IMG/VR virus record: IMGVR_UViG_3300042509_001483
Coordinates: 1-60,550 of that record
Strand: one strand, 5' to 3'
Origin: a virus
Taxonomy: Duplodnaviria > Caudoviricetes
DNA length: 60,550 bases
Position numbers and translations under genes: made by a program. The notes under the pieces are model-generated. The model was given only the letters and a program-made list of their open reading frames with translations, ran no database searches and was not told where the DNA came from. Below, piece after piece: positions 19,050 to 28,863 of this stretch; positions within the stretch are counted from its first letter, which is position 1, and every line of letters begins with the position of its first letter.

Positions 19050-19853
19050 TCAGCTAACAGTGCGGCCCAGGAGGTAACCATCAATGTCTTCGTAGCCAGG
19101 AGCCACATCAGGCTGCACGTAGCAGACTTCCACGACCAGGTAACCGGTGCGACCAGCGGACGAATCACCACTGGAGATGTAGAAGCCGCCAGAGGTAGCA
19201 GTGCTGTTTGCAGTTTCCTTAGCAAAGACACGCAGGGTGGTTGCAGAGGTAACAGCGTAGTTCACGTTACCAGCGGTCACACCGGCTGCGCCGGATGCAA
19301 TCAGGAACGGATTGGTGCTGTAAGCAGCGGAACCACCTGCGAAGAAGATTTCACCAGCCTGGGTACCAGACACGGTGGAAGTCAGGTTGGCCTGGATCAC
19401 ACCTTCGCCAATACCGGAGGCAGCAGTGGGGCTACCACCGTTGCTGCGACCGAAGGAGATCACGTTACCAGTGGCGGCATAAACACCAGAGGAAACACGA
19501 CCGTCACCCCAGCCAGAAGCAACGGAGATGGTGGCGCGGTACACATAAGCAGGCAGGGTGCTGCTACCAGAAATCACCATGCCGGTGATGTCGGGACGGG
19601 TGTCGTCCTGGCGATAAGGCGAAGGAACGATCACTGCAGCAGAAGCCACAGCGCCAGCGCCAGAGGTGGCAGTCACAGGGACGTAACCACGCTGCTGGAA
19701 GTAACGGTAGCCAGGAACAGCCAGCACGGAAGTGGGGCCACCCTTGGAACCATCATCGGTACCAGCGTAGTCGGCATCAATGTTCTTGTACCAACCGTTC
19801 AGGGGTTCTGCCCAGTTACCTGGGTAGATTTTCTTAGCGGACAAATAGGTCAT
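19050..19853 (-). CDS. Putative capsid decoration or minor capsid protein
   Basis: Directly downstream of the capsid gene with similar GC-rich codon usage; beta-rich. Confidence 0.55.
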   Translation of the reverse strand: MTYLSAKKIYPGNWAEPLNGWYKNIDADYAGTDDGSKGGPTSVLAVPGYRYFQQRGYVPVTATSGAGAVASAAVIVPSPYRQDDTRPDITGMVISGSSTLPAYVYRATISVASGWGDGRVSSGVYAATGNVISFGRSNGGSPTAASGIGEGVIQANLTSTVSGTQAGEIFFAGGSAAYSTNPFLIASGAAGVTAGNVNYAVTSATTLRVFAKETANSTATSGGFYISSGDSSAGRTGYLVVEVCYVQPDVAPGYEDIDGYLLGRTVS

Positions 19854-19889
19854 TTATCTTTTCCTATGTTGAGTGTTTATGTTCAGTTA

Positions 19890-21878
19890 TCAGATAGTGC
19901 CGTCATCTTGCACAAAGCTGTAAGCAGTGGTCACGAAGTCCTTGTTCAGGATCTCGAAACCAGCGTACAGTTGCCAAATCAGGATGATAAAGCGGCTGAA
20001 GTCATCGTTGTTGTTGATGAGCACCTGAGCGTTAGGACCGCCGATACCAACACCAACAGACTGAGGACCGAAGAAGTAACCTTGGGCCACTTCACGGGAT
20101 GCATAGGTGGAGCCACCATCGAAGGAAGCAGACACGTTCTTGGTCGGGAAGTTGGTCGACTCGAAGAACTTGACGCCTTCAAACTGCACACCAGTCGGCA
20201 TCACGGGTTCACCAGCCAGGAAGTAGCCCTGACCAGCTTGGGGACCCATGTAGAAGCTGGCGTTGTTAGGCATCATGGGGTTACCCATGTACATGCCTTG
20301 GCCAGGATTGCCGCTGTAACGAGCAATCTCACGGAAGTCTGGGTCACGACGCAGGTGCATCATGAAGGTGGGATCGCAGATGCAGCGATACAGACCATCA
20401 GCGAAGGTAGGAGTATTGCGCTTACGCAGGTCCTTAACAACGGTCAGAAGGTCGGTACGCACCTGGAACTGCTGCACCTCATTACCATACTCAGTGGAGG
20501 TGTAAGAAACACGACCCTGAGAATCTTTGGTCTTACCACCAGCGAAATAGTAACCGCCTTGGGTGGTGGAAGCAGCGCCATTGGCTTCTGCTTTGGCAAG
20601 TTCGTCAATGAAGACGCGGTCACGCCAACGGCGATAGTCGTCGAGCAGCGTCAGGCTACCGATCGACTGGTGGAACATGTTGAGGTTACCGGTGTCCAGC
20701 AGAAGACGCTGGGCGGTAATCAGAGTTTCACGCGCAATCTTGAAGGTCGAAGGCTGGGTCGGATCACCCGGGTCGGCAGGACCAGTGTATTCCTTAAGCA
20801 CCACCAGGACTTTCTCCTTGGTGATGTTACGGCTGTTAGCGGTACCGATCGTTTGGTCGGCAATACGCTCACGGCTGTCCTTCGTACCAGGGGTACCCCA
20901 GAACTTATAGCGGTCTAACTGAACGGTTTGACCGGGCTGACGGGTGAAGTCATGGACCACCACGGGCTCCACTGCCATTTCAGCAATGTAAGCAGGGTGA
21001 GGACGGTAAAGTTCCGCACCCAGAATCTTTGGAAAGTCGTTCTCCTGGTCTCTAGTTTCTTAGAGGGGTGGACTATCTCTTCATCCCTGTGGGATGCCGG
21101 ACGCTAAATCTGGTATTACGTAACAAGAGCGTGTTACACCCAGTAGTCTCTGCACCTTCCAATCACGACTTGATTGGCTTGGCTCAGGATTACCCTCGTC
21201 TTTACGTTAGGGCTTCCCTGAATTCATCCGGTTTGCACCCATCGATTGCTCGGTGGGGTGACAACGTTGAGCGTTCAGTTGAGGCATGCTATGCTTTGGA
21301 AAGCTGTTTATGAACAACATGGATCCAAAACTTGTTCCTGGATTTGGTAACCTTTACTTAACGGAAGAGGGAAAAGCTTTTGAAAAACAACTTGATCCCG
21401 ATAATCAAGAATATTTTCAAGAGATTCCCATTCGTTCAACCAGTGTTTACGACCGCATTTCAGTTCTTGTAGATGGGAAGAGAAAACGTTTTCATCTTCA
21501 TGTCTTGATGGCGGTTGCTTTCTTAGGATTAGATCTTCGTTCACATGGAACTAGTAACTTTTCCTTACAAGTTGATCACAAAGATAATGACAAGAGGAAT
21601 AATCGACTTGACAATCTAGAGATCGTTACCAAACAAGAGAACTTAACAAGAGCCTGGAAGAGCGGTTGTTATAAAAACAATGGCTTTGCCAGTAAAGGAG
21701 CACCGAAGAAATCTTTGAGAAAATTTTCTTCGGAGGATGTGGCTCAGATTAAAGCTTTAAAAGAAGCGGGACTTTCTTATCGAAAGATTGCTGAAAAGTT
21801 TAGCTGTAACCACGGAGCTATTTACCAAATCTTGAAGGGCTATACCTACCAGGATCTGAACTAGCTATCAATAAACAC
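19890..21878 (-). CDS. Major capsid protein, spliced: exon 1 21878-21867 (MFID), exon 2 21041-19890; about 387 aa
   Basis: GGAGG RBS then GTG TTT ATT GAT; splicing gives MFIDNDFPKILGAELYRPHPAYIAEMAVEP...; HK97-like features (GQTVQLDRY, FEGVKFFES, DDFSRF); follows portal and scaffold. Confidence 0.85.
21042..21866 (-). mobile_element. Group I intron (IC3 / trnL-like core) in the major capsid gene
   Basis: P AATTCAGGGAA, Q AATCCTGAGC, R GTGCAGAGACT, S AAGAGATAGTCC; IGS GTTGTCA pairs with TGAT|AGC giving the U-G splice pair; terminal G; splicing restores the frame. Confidence 0.92.
21310..21864 (+). CDS. Intron-encoded HNH homing endonuclease (antisense to the intron) with C-terminal HTH
   Basis: RFHLHVLMAVAF...QVDHKDNDKRNNRLDNLEIVTKQEN; KFSSEDVAQIK..GLSYRKIAEKF; TGcTATGCT extended -10 at 21287-21295. 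Confidence 0.9.
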   Translation: MNNMDPKLVPGFGNLYLTEEGKAFEKQLDPDNQEYFQEIPIRSTSVYDRISVLVDGKRKRFHLHVLMAVAFLGLDLRSHGTSNFSLQVDHKDNDKRNNRLDNLEIVTKQENLTRAWKSGCYKNNGFASKGAPKKSLRKFSSEDVAQIKALKEAGLSYRKIAEKFSCNHGAIYQILKGYTYQDLN

Positions 21879-21976
21879 CTTGGTTTATCCTCCAGTGTCG
21901 ATGTTTTTATCGGGTGAAAGATAAAGACATTTACGTCTTATCTAACACAAATTTTAGCAGGTAGTGAACTTAGATG

Positions 21977-22609
21977 TCACATGTACTGCGTACTAGCGTA
22001 AGGTGTTACGCCATATTTGGCACTTGCCGTGTTGCTAGACCCAGGAGATTCTGGATCAATTGCACCACCTTGACCAAACCCTGGAACACCCATAGAACCA
22101 GGAATCGCGCCAAGAGCAACGCCGCCGAGACCAGCGGTAATTGCTGCGGTAGGTGCTGCAATAACACCTAAACCTCGCTTAAGGCCTGTTTCAATCCCAG
22201 CTCCTGTAACGGAAGGGAGTCCTTGCAAGGCGCCTGCTAATCCCCCGAGGGCAGCGGCACGTTTACTAGAGCCTGCTTTTTGTGCGCGTTCCGCATTGAT
22301 CGCAGCCGCTTTTGCAGCTTCTTCCGCTGTTATTTCCCGCGCAGAGGTTTTTAAAGGAGCGTAGATATTTTGTGAAGCAGTGGTAAGACCGCGAACAGCG
22401 CCTTCGCGGCCAGTATTTACTGCTTTAGCAATGTCTCCTGCATATTTACCGGCAAGAGCCCGAGCACCCAATAAACCCGCACCTGCACCAAGGCCACCGG
22501 CAGCCGCAGCAAGAGCAGCAGATCCAGGATCTTCACTTTGGGAAAGGGCATACCCACCAACGCCTAAAGCAGCGGCAGCAGGTACACCGTATTTAAGAGC
22601 GCCACGCAT
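21977..22609 (-). CDS. Ala/Gly-rich hypothetical protein
   Basis: ORF between scaffold and capsid; GAGG upstream. Confidence 0.6.
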   Translation of the reverse strand: MRGALKYGVPAAAALGVGGYALSQSEDPGSAALAAAAGGLGAGAGLLGARALAGKYAGDIAKAVNTGREGAVRGLTTASQNIYAPLKTSAREITAEEAAKAAAINAERAQKAGSSKRAAALGGLAGALQGLPSVTGAGIETGLKRGLGVIAAPTAAITAGLGGVALGAIPGSMGVPGFGQGGAIDPESPGSSNTASAKYGVTPYASTQYM

Positions 22610-22613
22610 GGCC

Positions 22614-23579
22614 TCACTCCATCACAAACAGTTTGTTGGCAACAACTTGAGGCTGAGCTTGGTTCAGAAGGCGCCAGGCTTGCGCAGGATCTACATCCAT
22701 TTGCTGCTTGAAGGAACCCCAGAAGTTTTCAGGCTGTTGGGGAGCGGAGGCTGCAGGAGGTGCAGGGAATTGACCCAGGGCTTGGTAAGCAGATGTGGTG
22801 GGATAACCACGGGTCTCCAGTTGAGCCTCATCTTCGTACACAGGGTACGGACCTTCGGGACCGAAGAACTTCAGCGTGTAATCGCTCAGTACATCGGGGT
22901 TGGTCAGGATCTCGTTGTAAGCCAGATTCTCTTGGTGCTCAGCAACAGAGAAGTTGGCATAACGCTGCAGGACATCTTGGGCCTTGCTGCCCCAGGCAAC
23001 AGCGCTATCCAGCATCCCTTCCAGTTGAAGGGCGTAGTTATTTAGGATTGCGGGTGCTTCTACCCCGTACGCGTCTACCACGTGGCGCGTTTCCGGACTC
23101 CACTGGAGCAGATCCGCCACGTCCGCCAAGGATTGAACCGAGTAGGTTTGGGAAGAGTTGGGCGAGGAGATCTGGTTGGGTGACCAGGTCTGCTGAGCCG
23201 ATTGTTGCGTAGCTGGGTTGCTGTACTGCTGGCCGTAATTGGCTGGAGCGTATTGAGTCGTCGGAGACGATTGACCCTGGAACGGGGATTGAACTGGTGC
23301 GCTCAGCAGATTCACCACCTTGTTGAACGCCGACTCCCATGGGTTGCTGCTCGGAGCTTCCGGTTGGGATTGGGGGGCGTACTGCGTAGGGGCTGATTGG
23401 TAATTGGGGGCCACCTGAGGCACCGCTTGGGGGTAACTGGTACCCACTTGATACGCCACTGGAGCCGGGCTCTGTGCCACCTGGTAATTGACCGGGGCTG
23501 GAGCCACGTAGCTGCTTGGAGCCACCGCTGCCGGGACTTGGCTCGTCTGTGGGATCGATTGGACGGTAGCGTCCTGCAT
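22614..23579 (-). CDS. Putative capsid scaffolding protein
   Basis: AAGGAG RBS; P/Q/A-rich N-terminus and helical C-terminus; between portal and capsid. Confidence 0.6.
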   Translation of the reverse strand: MQDATVQSIPQTSQVPAAVAPSSYVAPAPVNYQVAQSPAPVAYQVGTSYPQAVPQVAPNYQSAPTQYAPQSQPEAPSSNPWESAFNKVVNLLSAPVQSPFQGQSSPTTQYAPANYGQQYSNPATQQSAQQTWSPNQISSPNSSQTYSVQSLADVADLLQWSPETRHVVDAYGVEAPAILNNYALQLEGMLDSAVAWGSKAQDVLQRYANFSVAEHQENLAYNEILTNPDVLSDYTLKFFGPEGPYPVYEDEAQLETRGYPTTSAYQALGQFPAPPAASAPQQPENFWGSFKQQMDVDPAQAWRLLNQAQPQVVANKLFVME

Positions 23580-25326
23580 AACTCATCTCCTTTTGTAGAG
23601 CTTCTAAGGTTCGATACAGATATGGAGTTAAATCCAATCTTGGATCCGCAGCCATCGGAAGATCCGGTGCTTGCGGGTGAGGAGTCTGCATCATGCCCCC
23701 CACTAAGCGAGCGAATTGAGAGTATGCACCCTGTAATTCGTTCACCATCCTGAATGGGAACCCAGATAACATCTCGGCCCTTTCCTCATCCGTCTTAGAC
23801 GGGAAGAGGTATTTCAGTGCTTCAATGCTATCAACACCTAACTCCTGAAGGTTGCGTACCACGATGGAGTTGTTAAGGATGTCCTGTGTGGAATCCTCGT
23901 AAACAGGTCCCAACCAACGCCACAAAACAGTGACGTCACCATCTGGAATCAAACCAATGACATTGGGCGGAATCTGTTGCGCTTCCACGCAAGCCATCAT
24001 AAGGCTCTTGAGTTGCTCATTGTATTGTTTCTCTGCTGCTTCATAACCAGCTTCGTCCTCTGGTGAAGCATCTGGCGGTAGATCTACAGGCTTTTCAAGT
24101 CCTGCTGCAGATGCAAGTGTCGCTTTAAATAATTGCTCTTCTTGATAAATAATCAATTCAAAACAACGACACAAACCATGTGTATAAATAGCATTTGCTT
24201 TTTTCTTTGATGTTGCAGCAACACGTCCAAACAATGATTTGTACTCAGTTGCTGTCACACCAGCAGAAATTGATAGTTCGTCTACACCACCAAGGGCAGT
24301 GCGAATCTCTTCTCGATACTGACGAGCAAATGCGTTTTGGTCACCAGTGATTGCATCTGGGACGATATAGCCAACACGATCGTTTGGTTCCAGGTTTGCG
24401 ATGACGCGTGGAACGCGGATCTGACCATCAACACCACGGCTGACAGGATCCGCCTTAAACATCGACCGACTCATCGGTGATGGGCTAGTAAAGCCAGAGT
24501 TTGCAGCAATGGACGGACGCTGGACAATAGCATCTCCCCCTGCCTCCATGAGGTCAGTTTTGGGACGAGACGACAACAGCGTTGGGTTACCGAAGAAGGT
24601 GATATTCTTCCGCATCGTACGCATCATTTCGTCATGCGTACAAATATGATTGGCTAGTGCATCAAATTCACCAGTGCCCTCAGAAGAAAAGCCCTGGGGA
24701 TTATTGATAATCTCAACGCACGGGATAAAGCCAAGACTATTTTTAAACGTTTTGGTATGACCGGTCAGTGCATAGGTCGGCATCTCAAACGACATCTCGG
24801 AATCCGAGTGCGTCTCTTCAATCTCTCTGGGCTTGATTGAAAGCCTGATGTAACGCTTTGCACCAGGACTGCCAGTGCTCAAGCCACCTGTCAGCGATGT
24901 GGTTGCAAGCTGATCACCAAAGCCATTAGCCTTGCGAACCTTATAACTGTAGATGATTACAACTTCGTCAAGCTCACCGTCAACGTTGTAGTACGCACGA
25001 TACTCATGTTCGCGGAAATAATAGAGACGATAGTTTTGTTTTGTAGGGCGGATGTAGAAAAGACCTTTGCCATCACACAGGAAATACTCCCAGATCGAAT
25101 CCAGGCGTGTGTCAAGTTTGTTGTACTTGGCTACACGATCGATAAAGTCTTTGCGCTGGTTGCCAAAGTTATCTTGGGACGGGAAGAATTCAACCCCTTG
25201 GCGAATGCCAAAGAGTTTCATCTGTGCGATATGAGACGCAACAACGCCAGTGTCTACAACAACGTCACTATCTTTGTCGAGATAGGCATTGATGATTTCT
25301 TGAAGCCTGGCTTTAGCGTCTGCCAT
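23038..25326 (-). CDS. Portal protein; C-terminal tail overlaps the scaffold gene
   Basis: NSLGFIPCVEIINNP....GTGEF, NITFFGNP motifs; position downstream of terminase and upstream of scaffold/capsid. Confidence 0.75.
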   Translation of the reverse strand: MADAKARLQEIINAYLDKDSDVVVDTGVVASHIAQMKLFGIRQGVEFFPSQDNFGNQRKDFIDRVAKYNKLDTRLDSIWEYFLCDGKGLFYIRPTKQNYRLYYFREHEYRAYYNVDGELDEVVIIYSYKVRKANGFGDQLATTSLTGGLSTGSPGAKRYIRLSIKPREIEETHSDSEMSFEMPTYALTGHTKTFKNSLGFIPCVEIINNPQGFSSEGTGEFDALANHICTHDEMMRTMRKNITFFGNPTLLSSRPKTDLMEAGGDAIVQRPSIAANSGFTSPSPMSRSMFKADPVSRGVDGQIRVPRVIANLEPNDRVGYIVPDAITGDQNAFARQYREEIRTALGGVDELSISAGVTATEYKSLFGRVAATSKKKANAIYTHGLCRCFELIIYQEEQLFKATLASAAGLEKPVDLPPDASPEDEAGYEAAEKQYNEQLKSLMMACVEAQQIPPNVIGLIPDGDVTVLWRWLGPVYEDSTQDILNNSIVVRNLQELGVDSIEALKYLFPSKTDEERAEMLSGFPFRMVNELQGAYSQFARLVGGMMQTPHPQAPDLPMAADPRLDLTPYLYRTLEALQKEMSYAGRYRPIDPTDEPSPGSGGSKQLRGSSPGQLPGGTEPGSSGVSSGYQLPPSGASGGPQLPISPYAVRPPIPTGSSEQQPMGVGVQQGGESAERTSSIPVPGSIVSDDSIRSSQLRPAVQQPSYATIGSADLVTQPDLLAQLFPNLLGSILGGRGGSAPVESGNAPRGRRVRGRSTRNPK

Positions 25327-25359
25327 TATCTATTCTTGTGTTAGTTAAAGCTTAGCAGT

Positions 25360-25713
25360 TCAAGAGACGTATTTAGCATCAAAGTTTGCAGGAGCCGATG
25401 CCTGTAAGCCAAGAGGGTTTGATTTTAAATAGTTTTTAATTTCTTGCCTGAACGAACCTGGCGCCTGATACTTTTTATTGAAACGCAATTCTTCAACTTC
25501 TCGTTGAAACTGATCTTGCGTCATAGGGAAACGAGGATCTTGAAAAGCAGGAATACCCTGAGCAAGCGGTTGTATTTCTACTGGAGCGCCGTAATAAGGC
25601 ATAGGCATTGCTTGAACGGGCTCTCCACGATACACAAGATCATTCAGCGCACCTGCGCTAACCGGAAAATTTCCTGGGGCGCCAGGGACATTAGCCATAC
25701 CGCTGTAACGCAT
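25360..25713 (-). CDS. Hypothetical protein
   Basis: ORF track. Confidence 0.55.
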   Translation of the reverse strand: MRYSGMANVPGAPGNFPVSAGALNDLVYRGEPVQAMPMPYYGAPVEIQPLAQGIPAFQDPRFPMTQDQFQREVEELRFNKKYQAPGSFRQEIKNYLKSNPLGLQASAPANFDAKYVS

Positions 25714-25738
25714 CTAACTACCTATCGATCTTTTTATT

Positions 25739-25921
25739 TTACTCTTCTATAACCTCGTAGCCAGCAGCGTCATTTACTTTGCTGAGAACAATGCCGTTAC
25801 TGCGTACGTCCCAATTGAGGATATCGCCTTCTTGCCAGCCCAAATCTTCGATCACCTCGTCGGGAAGAACAATATACTGGTCTCCGTTTTCGTCCTCCTG
25901 GACCTCAAGGATGTAGCTCAT
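25739..25921 (-). CDS. AbrB/MazE/SpoVT-like small DNA-binding protein
   Basis: GDQYIVLPDEVIEDLGWQEGDILNW. Confidence 0.7.
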   Translation of the reverse strand: MSYILEVQEDENGDQYIVLPDEVIEDLGWQEGDILNWDVRSNGIVLSKVNDAAGYEVIEE

Positions 25922-26214
25922 TTACTGTCAAGCATCTTATCGATCAGTTTATCAAGTTTATTATTAATCTCGCGAAAATTATCATGCATATCTTGAATTT
26001 CTCTTAAGAAGTCAACCTTTAACACATATTCCAATGGCATGCGTTTTAGGTCTTCTTCCAAAACATCAATCCTTCGTTTTTGGGACCCGATGTAACTATA
26101 GGCTTGCTGAACCTGATCGTTGTATCGATTCAAGATTTTAGATGCGGCCCAGCCACCGCCTGTGATGGCCGATATAACGGCTGTCAAGCCGATGGCCAAG
26201 TATTCGGGTCCCAT
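25918..26214 (-). CDS. Membrane-anchored coiled-coil protein, holin-like candidate
   Basis: N-terminal TM helix; YVLKVDF...INNKLDKL. Confidence 0.55.
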   Translation of the reverse strand: MGPEYLAIGLTAVISAITGGGWAASKILNRYNDQVQQAYSYIGSQKRRIDVLEEDLKRMPLEYVLKVDFLREIQDMHDNFREINNKLDKLIDKMLDSK

Positions 26215-26215
26215 G

Positions 26216-26908
26216 TCACACCAGGTCCTTCAAGTAACGGTTAAGAAAAGATTGTGGATCAGCTTTTTGACTATAGAGCCAATTCTTATATGTTTCATCT
26301 TTACGCTTATCCATGATATTAGTAATCTCTGGATTAAAGTCCTCTCTTGCGTTTGCCTCGGGACGAGAAGAGGCATAAGAATAGAAATCCTCTTTAGATA
26401 AACTATTAATACTTGGCCCTTTATTCCAAGTTCCGGCTGCATCTTGGCTGTTAATAAAACCTGTCATGAAATTCAACAGGCCAGAAGAAGAGCGATAAGG
26501 ACGCCCTGCGCCACCTCCTACAGGAGTAGGTTCTCCCCCGTAAAGAGCGTCAAAAGCTTGTTGTCCAACTTTATAACGCCCTTTTTCGATGCCAGTGCGG
26601 ATGTCTTGGTCAGAAACTCCGGCTGCCCTGGCTCGTTCGACAGCGGCCAATCCAATAGAGCCGTAGTTATCTTTGTTGAATTGTTCGAGCTGACCAATCT
26701 GTTGTTGATAGTCTTTATGAACAGACATTGAGTAGGCAGGATCAAATCCTCCTCCCCACGTTTTTGCTTTTTCACCTACGTTATAACCAGAGCTTTGTAA
26801 ACGACTCAGCTCATCTCTGATTTCTTTTTGACTACGTCCGGCGGCAATAGCGCGGTCAATGTCTGCTCGACCTACGCCACCGCTTTGGTTTGTATCTAAC
26901 CAAGACAT
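26216..26908 (-). CDS. Hypothetical protein with an internal duplicated motif
   Basis: VGRADIDRAIAAGRSQKEIR...YNVGEKA and IGLAAVERARAAGVSDQDIR...YKVGQQA. Confidence 0.6.
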   Translation of the reverse strand: MSWLDTNQSGGVGRADIDRAIAAGRSQKEIRDELSRLQSSGYNVGEKAKTWGGGFDPAYSMSVHKDYQQQIGQLEQFNKDNYGSIGLAAVERARAAGVSDQDIRTGIEKGRYKVGQQAFDALYGGEPTPVGGGAGRPYRSSSGLLNFMTGFINSQDAAGTWNKGPSINSLSKEDFYSYASSRPEANAREDFNPEITNIMDKRKDETYKNWLYSQKADPQSFLNRYLKDLV

Positions 26909-26937
26909 CTGTAAATTCTTTTTTCTAATTCTAGGTC

Positions 26938-28464
26938 TTAGTAATCAAGCTGAAGTTGCCCCTTACGCATCAATCCGGTCAACAGGTAAACCAAGGCGTC
27001 AACGCAGTCGTCATGACTGCTGACACCAAAGTTAGTCAACTCTTCAAACATAGCTGTGAAGTTACGAAAACGATTAAAGATAATCTTGCGATCCTCAAAC
27101 ATGCCCATGCAACCACGGAAACGTGCCAGCTTATCGGCGCGGAATCCTTTGACGGCATGCCAGTTCAAGTTGTACAAGCTTTCGTTGGTGAGGCATACAC
27201 GTTTGAAGTCAGCCTCTAGAGATGCCTGGTACGCAACCGCTTCACTCCAGATGTCACACGTGGAATAAGTCGGGAAGTAATGGCCGCCTTCATCTTTGCC
27301 GAGGATTGACCAATCATTTAGCAACTCCTTGAGGGCATCCAGTTTTTCTAGGTTGCCCATGACGCGTAGACGCCTGTAATCAATGATGTGAATCTGATCG
27401 CCAATGCGGCCACCAAGAACCATAACAGTGTAATCATTTTTTTCTTTTGTGCCAACCGAAAGATCAACCCCAATCCCAAGAGCATCAAACTCTGTTGCAA
27501 TCTCCGCCTTAACAATCAGCTCTGGCGCCAACGACAACTCGTTTTGCCTGATGACTTGATTCATGTACTGGAACGAGAAAGCAATTGGAGCTTGTCGTTT
27601 CTTTTCCTTCAAGTAATCCAAGGACCACATCGATGGCCAGTACGACATTTCATCCCCTGTTTTGGGATCATTGATAATTGCGGAAAGAACAATTTGCAAC
27701 CAATTGTTTTGTGGGTTGAAGGTCGTGGCATGAATGTCATCATGTCTAAAGCGCGTACCAAGGCAGATCGCCCGGCCCCCTTCAAACATGGTGGGTGCAA
27801 TCACAGCATTCCAGTTGTCCTGCATCTGTTTCCGGATGTCAGGGTTGGAAATATCTGCAGCAGATTTAATGGCGTCATCGATGATGACCAGATGGGAACG
27901 CTTGGAGGTCACCGAGCCCTTGAGACCTGCAGCGCAAAGTGTAAATTGTTCCTCACCAGTGGTATCAATGCCTGCAAATTTATGGTCAATGGACCAGTAC
28001 TCATTACTGGTGACGTTCTTTAGAAGGCGTACGGTTGGGAAAACTTCTTGGTATCGCTTGCTTTCAATGATGCGTTTAATGGTTGCTGATTTGGAACGCG
28101 CAATATCGACTGTGTACGACAAATACAGGATCTGCAGCGGTAACTTGGCTGCCGTATGAACACCAATGGCCCAAGCGGTAAACAAACCTAAGACTGTTGA
28201 TTTAGCAGAACCACGGGGTGCCAGGAGATCAACGTTTGGTCCTGCAATCTTTCGCAAGCAGCTACTGTCTTCGTTGGTGACAAAGTGACGATGCCATTCT
28301 TTGTGGTGGTCAGCCGGAGGTTTATCTGCTACGTACTCACAAAAAAATCCAAAATCTTCCCTTGCTTTCTCCAGGGATTCAAGATTTCGTGGGATTCGAA
28401 TTTGTTGCCTGCGAGCAGCCGCTTGTGCGTTACGGCGGTATGCAAGATGTTGATACGCAGGCAC
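26938..28464 (-). CDS. terL: Terminase large subunit
   Basis: Walker A LAPRGSAKST, Walker B LVIIDD, GTRF..DD, RNase H-like GVDL..., HDDCVDA. Confidence 0.93.
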   Translation of the reverse strand: MPAYQHLAYRRNAQAAARRQQIRIPRNLESLEKAREDFGFFCEYVADKPPADHHKEWHRHFVTNEDSSCLRKIAGPNVDLLAPRGSAKSTVLGLFTAWAIGVHTAAKLPLQILYLSYTVDIARSKSATIKRIIESKRYQEVFPTVRLLKNVTSNEYWSIDHKFAGIDTTGEEQFTLCAAGLKGSVTSKRSHLVIIDDAIKSAADISNPDIRKQMQDNWNAVIAPTMFEGGRAICLGTRFRHDDIHATTFNPQNNWLQIVLSAIINDPKTGDEMSYWPSMWSLDYLKEKKRQAPIAFSFQYMNQVIRQNELSLAPELIVKAEIATEFDALGIGVDLSVGTKEKNDYTVMVLGGRIGDQIHIIDYRRLRVMGNLEKLDALKELLNDWSILGKDEGGHYFPTYSTCDIWSEAVAYQASLEADFKRVCLTNESLYNLNWHAVKGFRADKLARFRGCMGMFEDRKIIFNRFRNFTAMFEELTNFGVSSHDDCVDALVYLLTGLMRKGQLQLDY

Positions 28465-28494
28465 AAGAAGTATCGTTCAGTGTATTACTGAATA

Positions 28495-28845
28495 CTACCT
28501 CATTCTTTGTCCTTGCTGTCTTTCTTTTGTTCCTGGTACTTCCGAGCTTTGTCCAATGCTGCTTTCCTCTTCTCCTTGTCCGACATTTCGCTGCCGTCCT
28601 CCCTCTTGGCCTCCTTCTTTTTGAAGTGCTCCAGGAGTTCTGGCGGCATCTTGTTTTTGCTCATCTTGTTTATTGGCTTGTAAAGCGGCGATGACTTTTT
28701 CCCCGTCAGCTACCTTATCAATAACGGGTGTGGGACGACGAAAACCAGTTACGCGCTCACGATTCTTTTGAAGTTGGCGAGCAACGTCAAATAATCGTCC
28801 AGCGATATTTTCCCCGTATTGAGGTTTTTGTGCCGGTTGGTTCAT
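28495..28845 (-). CDS. Hypothetical protein; 3' half overlaps a nested ORF
   Basis: ORF track. Confidence 0.5.
   Translation of the reverse strand: MNQPAQKPQYGENIAGRLFDVARQLQKNRERVTGFRRPTPVIDKVADGEKVIAALQANKQDEQKQDAARTPGALQKEGGQEGGRQRNVGQGEEESSIGQSSEVPGTKERQQGQRMR
28500..28664 (-). CDS. Small charged protein (54 aa), nested in another frame
   Basis: MSKNKMPPELLEHFKKKEAKREDGSEMSDKEKRKAALDKARKYQEQKKDSKDKE. Confidence 0.6.
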   Translation of the reverse strand: MSKNKMPPELLEHFKKKEAKREDGSEMSDKEKRKAALDKARKYQEQKKDSKDKE

Positions 28846-28863
28846 CCTTCAAGTTTACTTGGT

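Noticed and set aside
19866-20918. 350 aa plus-strand ORF
   Set aside because: Antisense shadow of the codon-biased capsid gene; no recognisable motifs
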